The notes under the pieces: model-generated | What the model was told of the DNA's origin: nothing | The model's input: the letters and a program-made list of their open reading frames with translations, nothing else | Database searches by the model: none | Program-made: the position numbers and the translations under genes | Origin: Breznakia sp. PF5-3 | GTDB lineage: Bacteria; Bacillota_I; Bacilli_A; Erysipelotrichales; Erysipelotrichaceae | DNA: 32,000 bases | NCBI RefSeq assembly: GCF_029504745.1 | Contig: NZ_JAQFIQ010000004.1 | Location: 30,001-62,000, forward strand | Direction: 5' to 3' | Shown here: piece by piece, positions 18,881-27,391 of the stretch | Layout of the letters: each line of letters begins with the position of its first letter | Numbering within the stretch: position 1 is the first letter of the stretch

Positions 18881-20410
18881 ATGAAAAAAGGATATTTAAT
18901 TATAAGTTTATTAATAATAACAACGTTAATAGGCTGTAGTGAAAAGGCAGAGAAAAAAGAAGTAAAGATAGGAACTTGGGATATTAATGATTTAAAGGAA
19001 GTATCTGAAATCATGGAAAAAGAAGATAGTTCACCATTAGAAGTGAATGAAATAAATGTGATTGAAGATAAGTTAATAAATAAAGAAGTAGTACGTGTAC
19101 AGGATAACAGGAAGTATGGTTTATTTACCCTTGATGGTGAAGAAATTGTAAAACCCAAATATGGTGAATTATCATCGTTCAATAATGCTGGTTATAGCGT
19201 AGCAGAGATAGAAGATTATGAAAAAGGTGATAAATATTTCTTAGTAGATAAGAATGGTAAAAAATCTTTAAAAAATAAATATGATTATTTAGAAGCAATA
19301 GGAAGTAATGTTGAGTTTTTATATGCGGTTAAAGATGGAAAATGTGGTGTGATTGATTATCAAGGAAATGTTAAAATTCCTTTTGCATTTGATGCAAAAC
19401 CAACATATTATGAAGAAGTTGAAGAATGGGAAGAATTGCCACCAGAAGAGGAGTGGGTTGTAAAGTTCTATGATATTCCTATTGAAGTAAGTCCTAAGGG
19501 GTTTATTGTAGAAGTAGATGGAAAATATGGAATGATTGATTATCAAGGGAAAGAGTTATATCCTCTTGAATATTCTTATATACAATATAGTTATGACGAT
19601 CAAAAGTATTATATGCATCATAAAGAAAAACAAACTTTCCAAGAATTGGACGATGAGTTAAATACAGACACCACTTTCACAATTGATGGAAAATACAAAT
19701 TCATTTCAAAAAATGAAAATAGTTATATGTTTCAAGAAAAAGAAGGTGGATCTTACTATGGTGTTTTAGATGCGAAGGGAAAGGTTATCGCTGACTTTAA
19801 ATATTCTAATATAAAGGCATATGAAGATGGTTATGTATGCACCTACACAGAAGATAATAAAACATATTTTACGGTTTTTAATAAAGATATGAAAGAAGAT
19901 TTTTCTTATCAAGGATATATGGTTAGTGAATTTGCATATGCGAAAAAAGAAGGTGTAACAATTGTGAATACTTCACAGAATACAAGCGTAAATGCTGAGG
20001 TAGTCAATTGGAAAGGGAAACTTATTTTCCCTCGAAAAGAAAAAACGTATGAAGTAACCATTGGTGCAGGATATATTTATGTAAATTATAATCATCATGA
20101 TTATGAAGGAAAAGATGATTTTGAAATTTATACATATGATGGAGAATTAGTATATGCTTTAAAAGGGGATGTGCAAAACAATCAAATGTCTGAAGCAGAA
20201 GCAAATAATTTAGTTCAAAGGATATTGTCATATATGTCGAAACATGGATATTATCCTTATGAAAAAGAAACAGTTACCTATGTAGACGACTATAAAATAG
20301 TGCAAGAAGAGGGTGGGAAAGCAAATACCCATTACTATCAATATACAATTTATAATAAAAATACAGATAAAGAAATTTTACGTTTGCCAAAAGGATATTT
20401 GGTAAAATAA
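18881..20410 (+). CDS. WG-repeat (KWG-like) lipoprotein, function unknown
   Basis: Lipobox in MKKGYLIISLLIITTLIG-C. Repeated units of the type GKYGMIDYQGKELYPLEY, GKCGVIDYQGNVKIPFAF, KYGLFTLDGEEIVKPKY and YYGVLDAKGKVIADFKY. RBS GAGGTGG. Confidence 0.75.
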   Translation: MKKGYLIISLLIITTLIGCSEKAEKKEVKIGTWDINDLKEVSEIMEKEDSSPLEVNEINVIEDKLINKEVVRVQDNRKYGLFTLDGEEIVKPKYGELSSFNNAGYSVAEIEDYEKGDKYFLVDKNGKKSLKNKYDYLEAIGSNVEFLYAVKDGKCGVIDYQGNVKIPFAFDAKPTYYEEVEEWEELPPEEEWVVKFYDIPIEVSPKGFIVEVDGKYGMIDYQGKELYPLEYSYIQYSYDDQKYYMHHKEKQTFQELDDELNTDTTFTIDGKYKFISKNENSYMFQEKEGGSYYGVLDAKGKVIADFKYSNIKAYEDGYVCTYTEDNKTYFTVFNKDMKEDFSYQGYMVSEFAYAKKEGVTIVNTSQNTSVNAEVVNWKGKLIFPRKEKTYEVTIGAGYIYVNYNHHDYEGKDDFEIYTYDGELVYALKGDVQNNQMSEAEANNLVQRILSYMSKHGYYPYEKETVTYVDDYKIVQEEGGKANTHYYQYTIYNKNTDKEILRLPKGYLVK

Positions 20411-20458
20411 ATTATGATTTCAATATTATATCTTTAGGGTATAAGAGAGGAGGTTGTG

Positions 20459-21394
20459 ATGAATACATTACATTTTAAATATGCATTGGAAGTTGCGAAG
20501 ACAGGTTCCATAACCCAAGCCGCAGAGAATTTATTTATGGCACAACCAAATTTAAGCAAAGCAATTAAAGAACTTGAGGAGACACTGGATTATCAAATTT
20601 TTGAGCGTTCTGCTAAAGGAATGTTTCCAACGAAAAAGGGAGCCGAATTTTTAGTGTATGCTCGCAGTGTTTTAATGCAGATTGATAAAATAAAAGATTT
20701 GGCACACCCAGATGCATCGAATAACCAAGTATTCAATATTTCTATTCCACGAGGAAGTTATATAGCTCAAGGGTTTACAAAGTTTGTAGCAGAGTTGGAT
20801 ATTGATAAAGGAATTGATGTAAATATGGAAGAAACCAATTCTGTGAAGACGATTACAAATGTAGCAGAAGGTGCTTTTCATCTTGGTGTGATTCGATATC
20901 AGATGGTACATGAAAAGTACTTTACGGATTATTTACGTAGTAAAAATTTGAACAGTGAAGACATCTGGGAATTCAAACACCTAGCAATTATGTCTAAGAA
21001 ACATCCTTTGGCAAATGCGAAACAAGTAAAATATACAGATTTAATTAAATATGTAGAGATTGTACATGGAGATAATACGGTTCCGTATTTGGTAAATGCA
21101 GACACGAATGGCAATAAAGATATCAATGTGAAAAAGAAGATATATGTATATGAGCGATATAATCAATTTGATTTGCTTGAAACGATTACTACATCTTATA
21201 TGTGGACTTCTCCAATTCCGGATAATATTTTGGCACGATATGGATTGGTACAAAGAAGGTGTCATCCTATAGAGAGAGTATATAAAGATGTTTTGATATA
21301 TCCAAAAGGTTATGAGTTTAGTGAATTAGATAATCAATTTATGGAAAAAGTAAAAGAAGAAAAAATAAAGGTATCTAAGAAAGTATATAAATAA
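20459..21394 (+). CDS. LysR-family transcriptional regulator
   Basis: N-terminal HTH LHFKYALEVAKTGSITQAAENLFMAQPNLSKAIKELEE. ATG at 20459 is preferred over GTG at 20456 on the basis of spacing from GAGAGGAGG. Confidence 0.85.
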   Translation: MNTLHFKYALEVAKTGSITQAAENLFMAQPNLSKAIKELEETLDYQIFERSAKGMFPTKKGAEFLVYARSVLMQIDKIKDLAHPDASNNQVFNISIPRGSYIAQGFTKFVAELDIDKGIDVNMEETNSVKTITNVAEGAFHLGVIRYQMVHEKYFTDYLRSKNLNSEDIWEFKHLAIMSKKHPLANAKQVKYTDLIKYVEIVHGDNTVPYLVNADTNGNKDINVKKKIYVYERYNQFDLLETITTSYMWTSPIPDNILARYGLVQRRCHPIERVYKDVLIYPKGYEFSELDNQFMEKVKEEKIKVSKKVYK

Positions 21395-21420
21395 TGTTAT
21401 AAAAGGATAGTGATATATAC

Positions 21421-21446
21421 AAAAAGGAATATTGCTATTCCTTTTT
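21421..21446 (+). terminator. Intrinsic terminator of the LysR gene
   Basis: AAAAAGGAATA (21421-21431) pairs with TATTCCTTTTT (21436-21446), loop TTGC. Confidence 0.55.
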
Positions 21447-21690
21447 CATATTGGTTTCTTTTTTTTAGCTTTGCTATTATATAGGTACAGTAGTTGGGAA
21501 ACTATTGTAATTAGAGAGTTGTAATTGTAATATAATGACTCACAATCAAATTACAAATCTCACATTAGCAAAATTTATGTATCCTGTGCAAAAACAATGT
21601 TACACAAATAAACATGGTCCTGCATGAGTTCTGCTAATGAATTACAAACTTGACCATGGGTATTCTGGGGAGAGTACAATTTGTGTAATA

Positions 21691-21720
21691 AAAAAGTCAG
21701 CTTCGCGAGCTGGCTTTTTT
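21691..21720. terminator. Bidirectional intrinsic terminator abutting the vWA gene stop codon
   Basis: GTCAGCT (21696-21702) pairs with AGCTGGC (21708-21714) with one G-U pair, loop TCGCG. It is flanked by AAAAA and TTTTTT. Confidence 0.7.
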
Positions 21721-21721
21721 G

Positions 21722-23251
21722 TTATTTCATTTTCTTTAGCCTACTTTTGCAGATAAGTAAAGTGTATCCTGCTAGCAATAGCAGAGATATTAAAAGTGAA
21801 GTGTTGGTTGTATCATAGGTTGCAATTGATTTATTGACACCTTCTACATTAACGATAATATTATCACTGTCATCTGGAACAATACTAGGAGTTTTAATTG
21901 GTTTCTTTTCAAAATAAACATTAACATTTTTATTCTCATTGATATTTGATAATATATAGGAATTATTGTTAGTGATATTGATATTTGTACCATTTACATT
22001 AAAACTAGATAGTATATATCCATCATTGGCTTGCCATCTAACTTCATGGGTAGCACCTTTACCAACAAGGCGACTTGTTGAAATGCTTCCATTGTTATCT
22101 GCAACTGTTGAGATTTTATAAATAGGAGCCTTAACACTTTGGGTAGTATTTCCATATTGGGCACCTGAAGAATTTGTGTATTGATATGAAAACGAATATG
22201 GAATTGTATTGGCATTCAAATTTTTTGTATTTTGCTTAATACGAATTTGATAACTTAAGGAAACGGTAGTTGTTTCGCCCAATGCACCTGTTATGATATC
22301 AAGTTCGTTGTTTGCTAATTTATTTGTATCAACTTGTAATCCATTGGGGTTTGAAAGAGAATTAGGAACTATTTCAAAGCCTTCAGGAATAGTTGCATTA
22401 ACATGAACATAATCAATTAAAGTAAATAAATCTGTATAGATACTATTGAAAACAGCAGATAAATCATCAGTAGAAGAATTATAGAATTTTCCTGTATTGC
22501 GATCAATTGCCGCAAGATTCATCCAAATTTCTTTTGTTAATTCAACAAAAGATTCTAAGTTATATCCAATTGTATTAACCGTAACATTGGGATTTGTATT
22601 AACTAATGTTTCCATTGCATCATAACATTGGTTGACATAAAGGCTGTCTTCCGTAATGCCATCTTGTGGTGCACCATCACCAAGTAATAGTAATATTTTT
22701 CGATGATCATTCATGCTGTTTGTTGAAAATTGTTGATTTGCTTCTTCAATTCCATCTTTAAGTGCAGTTGTCCCAGTAATTGTAATTCCATCAATTGCTG
22801 CAAGAAGGGCACTTTTATCATTGGTAAAGTTCATATAAGTGATGGCATTGGGAAATACTTCACCAGAACCTCCAGGGATTCTAATTCCACCACCAAAACC
22901 GATTACACTAACACGAATATTAGCGTTTGTATCTGCTAATAATTCCTCAACAAATGCTTTTGAACTTGCTTTTGCTTCATTCAAAGGAGCACCGTTCATA
23001 CTTGCAGATGTATCCAATAATAAGATAACATCAATAGGTTCTTTTGTGACTCCTATTTCACTTGTTTTACCACCTGTAATGTCAAGTGTCATTGTATAAG
23101 TGTCATCAGTTCCTGCAACAACGGTATTCGATATTTTTGTGTTTACTCGAATTCCAGGATCTGTACTCGCATTTATGTGCATGAGTGAGCCGGTAGCAAT
23201 CATACAGGTCATGAATACAAATGTACAAAGTATAATTTTTAATTTTTTCAT
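21722..23251 (-). CDS. Secreted von Willebrand factor A (vWA) domain surface protein with a C-terminal anchor-like tail
   Basis: Signal peptide MKKLKIILCTFVFMTCMIATG. MIDAS motif DTSASMNG, plus downstream T (GTTALKDG) and D (LLLGDGAPQDG). Beta-rich repeat resembling InlB-B-type repeats (NNGSISTS...VRWQANDGYILSSFNVNG). Tail IATYDTTNTSLLISLLLLAGYTLLICKSRLKKMK. RBS AAAGGAGA. Confidence 0.8.
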   Translation of the reverse strand: MKKLKIILCTFVFMTCMIATGSLMHINASTDPGIRVNTKISNTVVAGTDDTYTMTLDITGGKTSEIGVTKEPIDVILLLDTSASMNGAPLNEAKASSKAFVEELLADTNANIRVSVIGFGGGIRIPGGSGEVFPNAITYMNFTNDKSALLAAIDGITITGTTALKDGIEEANQQFSTNSMNDHRKILLLLGDGAPQDGITEDSLYVNQCYDAMETLVNTNPNVTVNTIGYNLESFVELTKEIWMNLAAIDRNTGKFYNSSTDDLSAVFNSIYTDLFTLIDYVHVNATIPEGFEIVPNSLSNPNGLQVDTNKLANNELDIITGALGETTTVSLSYQIRIKQNTKNLNANTIPYSFSYQYTNSSGAQYGNTTQSVKAPIYKISTVADNNGSISTSRLVGKGATHEVRWQANDGYILSSFNVNGTNINITNNNSYILSNINENKNVNVYFEKKPIKTPSIVPDDSDNIIVNVEGVNKSIATYDTTNTSLLISLLLLAGYTLLICKSRLKKMK

Positions 23252-23354
23252 TTTTTTGTTTCTCCTTTATTCATATCAGACAGTTACAGTTAATGACAAA
23301 ACATGAATCCTGTAATACTGTCATTGTGTAAGTCGCAAGATAAAAAAATATAGA

Positions 23355-24674
23355 TCACTTTTTTGAAAAATATTTTTCAGATTCTAAAGAAACCTTTATT
23401 TCGTTTCCGGCATTATCAGAAACAAAGAAGATATTGGAAGAATATTTTTGATATTTAAAAACGATTGTTTGTGATAATTCATCATATGTATAATCTTCAC
23501 TAGCAACTTCATTTTTAAAATATGAAATACTTTGATTGTTGACACCAGAAAGTTGATCTTTCAAATATACTGTACATATTTCACCATCGAGTTGATAACT
23601 TAAATATTCTGGAAGATCATAGTCAATGTTTTTGATGTGAATCTCTTTTTGATCAATAGTCTTGTTGTCTTTTATTAAAGATATTGAGTATGTTCCATTT
23701 TCTTTAATAATTAAATCTTCTTTATTATTGAGTAGTATCTTATCATAGTTATCATTCGTCGTATCAACACGAATGGAGATAGGTTCATTTGTAAATTCTT
23801 GATTATAATGAATATCCTTGATTTTACTATGTTCAATAATTGTATTAGTAACATCTGTATTTGTTTTATCATTGTTAGGTTGGTTTACTAAAAGCAAAGT
23901 GCCTCCGATAATGATTGTCGATGCAACAAGCGTAAGCTTTAATGTTAAGGAAGAAAGAATAGTGGCTTCAGTAGCTGCCGAAGCAATCACGGTAGTTGCA
24001 CTGTGATGATTATCGACAGTAGATGTTTCTAGTGAATACATATATTCATATGTCTTATATAACAGTGGTGTAATAATAATTGCAGGTGCTTTATATGTAC
24101 TAGGAGTAATGTCATTTTCAATTAATGTATCTTGTAATGAGGTTTTGATTCTTCTTAATCGACTTTTTACAGTTCCTAAGGGGATGTGTAATATTTGCGA
24201 TATTTCTATTTCAGTATATCCCTCAAGATATTTTAGTGAAGCTACATCCTTGAATTTTGGTTTTAAAGAACTAATTTTTGTGTAGATAAGATCATACAAT
24301 ACCTGATCTTCTAGTGAAGTATTTTCGACAGCTGTATGACGATCGACATAGTCGTCTGTTTCTTTATTTGTGGAGAGCTTAATTGTTTGAAATTTTGGTT
24401 TTCTTATAATATTTTGAATTTCGCTATAAGCAATTTTCATAATCCATACATGAAATGCTTCTGGATACTTCAATTTTCTAATATTACGGTATACAGAAAT
24501 AAATGTATTTTGAATAATATCTTTTGCAGTTTCTGGATCGTTAATATGGTTCAAAGTGAAAAAATATATTCGCTTATGATAATGTTCATAAATTTTTTCA
24601 AATGCTTCTGTATCTCCATTTTGAAAAGCTAACACGATTTGTGATGTGATGGGGTTTTTCTTTATCTCGCTCAT
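23355..24674 (-). CDS. Sigma-70/ECF-like sigma factor fused to a transmembrane segment and an extracytoplasmic beta-rich domain
   Basis: Region 2-like: FEKIYEHYHKRIYFFTL...AKDIIQNTFISVYRNIRKL...FHVWIMKIAYSEIQN. Region 4 HTH: LKYLEGYTEIEISQILHIPLGTVKSRLRRIKTSL. One TM segment (LTLKLTLVASTIIIGGTLLLV), then about 170 aa Asn/Lys/Ile-rich domain. I place the start at the MSEIKK Met (24674), which has GGAGG 5 nt upstream. The track start at 24686 lacks an RBS. Confidence 0.75.
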   Translation of the reverse strand: MSEIKKNPITSQIVLAFQNGDTEAFEKIYEHYHKRIYFFTLNHINDPETAKDIIQNTFISVYRNIRKLKYPEAFHVWIMKIAYSEIQNIIRKPKFQTIKLSTNKETDDYVDRHTAVENTSLEDQVLYDLIYTKISSLKPKFKDVASLKYLEGYTEIEISQILHIPLGTVKSRLRRIKTSLQDTLIENDITPSTYKAPAIIITPLLYKTYEYMYSLETSTVDNHHSATTVIASAATEATILSSLTLKLTLVASTIIIGGTLLLVNQPNNDKTNTDVTNTIIEHSKIKDIHYNQEFTNEPISIRVDTTNDNYDKILLNNKEDLIIKENGTYSISLIKDNKTIDQKEIHIKNIDYDLPEYLSYQLDGEICTVYLKDQLSGVNNQSISYFKNEVASEDYTYDELSQTIVFKYQKYSSNIFFVSDNAGNEIKVSLESEKYFSKK

Positions 24675-24761
24675 TTTGTCCTCCATTAAAATGCTAATGA
24701 CTGAAATTAAATTTATTATAGCATGTTCGTATTTTTCCTGATATAAAATGCGATGAAAGGT

Positions 24762-24787
24762 AAAAAAAACTGTCTGAATGACAGCTT
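24762..24787 (-). terminator. Intrinsic terminator of the MATE gene
   Basis: The minus strand reads TAA-AAG-CTGTC-ATTCA-GACAG-TTTTTTTTA. The stem is short (5-7 bp) and the U-run is long. Confidence 0.5.
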
Positions 24788-26128
24788 TTAACGCTTATAC
24801 AACCAAGTTCCTTTTCTGAAATATAGAAGCATAATGATCATGCTTATGAACCATGAAACAGGCCATCCCATAAAGACAAAACGAATATCATGGAAGATAG
24901 CTACCGTAATCATAATCCATACAATACGACAAATACACCAAGAAAATGCGAGTATCATCATGGATGTTTTTGTCTGCCCTGCCCCTTGTAAGATACCGGA
25001 TAAATTATGTGAGATGGCTAGAATAATATAACCTGGTGCCATATATTTCATCATTGTTGTTCCATAATCAATAACAACAGAGTTACTTGAAAATAAAGTA
25101 AGAATTTGATGAGTAAACAAAAAAAGGATACTGGTTATAAATAAGACTACGCTACAGCTTAATGTAATTCCAACACGAACGCTTTTTTTCACTCGATCAT
25201 ATTCTTTAGCACCTATATTTTGTGAAACAAAAGTTGTAAGTGCATTTGAGAAACTAATAACTGGTAGAATAGCAAAGCCATCAATTTTTCCATATGATCC
25301 AACTCCAGCCATGGCATGTTTTCCAAATGTATTGATATTTGATTGTACGATAGCATTGGATAAAGAGATGATCATATTTTGAATAGCACTAGGCATTCCA
25401 ATACGAATAATTTCAGAAAGACTATCTTTGTGAAATTTTATTTTTGAAACTTTTAGTTGATAAATATCGTTTGTATTTATGAGGATTAATAATACAAGAA
25501 TAGCACTCGTTACTTGAGCAATTGAAGTGGCGAGCGCAACACCAAATACGCCCCACTTAAAAACAGCGACAAAAATAAGGTCTAAAACAATATTGATAAT
25601 ACAAGCAATTATCAGGATGTAAAGAGGACGGCGTGAATCACCAACCGCACGTAAGATGCCACTTCCCATGTTATAAGTGATGATACCAAAGGATCCTAGA
25701 AAATAGGTTTGCAAATAGATTGTAGAATCATGAAGTACATCAGGATCAACATTCATAATATCTAAGATGAAAGGAATCGAAAGATATCCAATGATAGTTA
25801 AAGCGATACTTGCTACTAGGGTTAAAGCCATTGCTGTATGAATACTCTTTGATAAATTCTTATAATCTTTAGCACCATATCGATTTGCAATTACAACACC
25901 AGCACCTACTGATAATCCAATGAAGAAGTGAATAAATAGATAGATAACAGAATCAGAAGAATTTACTGCAGCTAATGCACCATCACCAACAAAGTTACCA
26001 ATAATGACAGAATCAACAGTACTGTAGAATTGCTGAAATAGATTACCAAGAAGTAAAGGAATAGAAAAAAATAGCAATTGTTTTAAAATACTTCCTTGTG
26101 TCATTGAGGTGGTATTAGAATGTTCCAT
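24788..26128 (-). CDS. MATE-family multidrug/toxic-compound efflux transporter
   Basis: 446 aa with about 12 TM helices. N-terminal signature ILKQLLFFSIPLLLGNLFQQFYSTVDSVIIGNFVG is typical of MATE (NorM/DinF-type) proteins. Confidence 0.9.
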   Translation of the reverse strand: MEHSNTTSMTQGSILKQLLFFSIPLLLGNLFQQFYSTVDSVIIGNFVGDGALAAVNSSDSVIYLFIHFFIGLSVGAGVVIANRYGAKDYKNLSKSIHTAMALTLVASIALTIIGYLSIPFILDIMNVDPDVLHDSTIYLQTYFLGSFGIITYNMGSGILRAVGDSRRPLYILIIACIINIVLDLIFVAVFKWGVFGVALATSIAQVTSAILVLLILINTNDIYQLKVSKIKFHKDSLSEIIRIGMPSAIQNMIISLSNAIVQSNINTFGKHAMAGVGSYGKIDGFAILPVISFSNALTTFVSQNIGAKEYDRVKKSVRVGITLSCSVVLFITSILFLFTHQILTLFSSNSVVIDYGTTMMKYMAPGYIILAISHNLSGILQGAGQTKTSMMILAFSWCICRIVWIMITVAIFHDIRFVFMGWPVSWFISMIIMLLYFRKGTWLYKR

Positions 26129-26228
26129 GATTCTCCTTTCTTATATATGTATATATATTAAAGATAGTATAAATGAGAATAGAGAAAAAGGGAATAGTGA
26201 AAAAATATAAAAAAATTGTATTAATGTA

Positions 26229-26257
26229 TTGACACAACAATAAAAGCATAGTATAGT
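26229..26257 (+). promoter_or_regulatory. Sigma-A-type promoter of the small-ORF/ABC operon
   Basis: TTGACA (26229-26234), 17-nt spacer, TATAGT (26252-26257). Confidence 0.6.
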
Positions 26258-26316
26258 TGTATTAGTTAATTAGTACACAGGTACAAGGGGGATGTATAGA
26301 CAATTTATATTTAGGG

Positions 26317-26490
26317 ATGGCAATCACCTTGGGAATTATTTTATTCGCAATAACAGATAGTATATTTAGTTCAATTTTTGGAATCTGTATATTTATGATT
26401 CTGGGAATACTATTTATATCAGCAATTGCAAATTATAAGGAATGCAAAGATACATTAAGACAAGCAAGAAAGGAACAAGGATATGAGTAA
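26317..26490 (+). CDS. Unannotated 57-aa hydrophobic peptide, translationally coupled to the ABC ATPase gene
   Basis: Sequence MAITLGIILFAITDSIFSSIFGICIFMILGILFISAIANYKECKDTLRQARKEQGYE. Below the length cutoff of the ORF track. Its stop overlaps the ATPase start (ATGAGTAA, 8-nt overlap). It has one or two TM helices and a basic tail. The RBS is weak (only GGG abutting the ATG). Confidence 0.4.
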   Translation: MAITLGIILFAITDSIFSSIFGICIFMILGILFISAIANYKECKDTLRQARKEQGYE

Positions 26491-27391
26491 TTATATTTTA
26501 GAAACAGATGGATTAACAAAACAGTTTGGAAAGAAAAAGGCAGTTGATAAAGTAGATATGCATGTAAAGGAAGGGGAAATATATGGTTTCATTGGAAGAA
26601 ATGGGGCAGGAAAAACAACCTTCTTAAAAATGATTGCAAATTTACTTCATAAAAGTGATGGGGAAATCAAATTGTTTGGAAGTACAGATTTGAGTAAATC
26701 TCGTCATAAGATAGGGGTATTAATTGAAAATCCTGGATTGTATCCAGCGATGAGTGCATATGACAATTTGAAAATGAAATGTATGATGTTGGGGATTAAA
26801 GATACAGATAAGAAAATTAAGGAATTATTAGAACTAGTAGGTTTAGAGAAAGTTGCAAAGAAAAAGACAAAGAATTTCTCGCTAGGTATGAAACAACGTT
26901 TGGGATTGGCAATTACATTGATCAACGATCCACAGTTATTGCTTTTGGATGAACCAATCAATGGATTAGATCCACAGGGGATTGTGGAGATTCGTGAAAT
27001 TCTATTAAAATTACAAGAACGTGGAATGACAATTATTATCTCTTCACATATCTTGGAGGAATTAGGAAAAATTGCAAATCGCTATGGAGTGATTGCATCT
27101 GGACAATTGGTTAAAGAATTGACAAGAGATCAGTTAGAAGAATTATCTAAAAATTCAATCCAAGTGGTAGTTGATGATGTTGCAGAAAGTGTAAGAGTAT
27201 TGAAAAAATTGAATATTACAGAATATGAATATCATGAAAATGTATTTAATATATATGATACGGAAATCGATAGAGCAAAGCTGAATTCAACACTTGTTGT
27301 AAATGGTGTGTTAGTATCTTCTATTTTTGAACAAAACGAAAGTGTAGAAGATATGTTTATTGAAATGATGGGAGGAGCAAATTATGTTTAA
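26483..27391 (+). CDS. ABC transporter ATP-binding protein (ABC-2 exporter type)
   Basis: Walker A GRNGAGKTT, signature FSLGMKQRL, Walker B LLLLDEP, H-loop SSHIL. Confidence 0.9.
   Translation: MSNYILETDGLTKQFGKKKAVDKVDMHVKEGEIYGFIGRNGAGKTTFLKMIANLLHKSDGEIKLFGSTDLSKSRHKIGVLIENPGLYPAMSAYDNLKMKCMMLGIKDTDKKIKELLELVGLEKVAKKKTKNFSLGMKQRLGLAITLINDPQLLLLDEPINGLDPQGIVEIREILLKLQERGMTIIISSHILEELGKIANRYGVIASGQLVKELTRDQLEELSKNSIQVVVDDVAESVRVLKKLNITEYEYHENVFNIYDTEIDRAKLNSTLVVNGVLVSSIFEQNESVEDMFIEMMGGANYV

Noticed and set aside
18808-19182. 124-aa minus-strand ORF overlapping the start of the WG-repeat lipoprotein gene.
   Set aside because: It overlaps a well-supported plus-strand gene that has an RBS and a lipobox. 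It has no RBS and a low-complexity translation.
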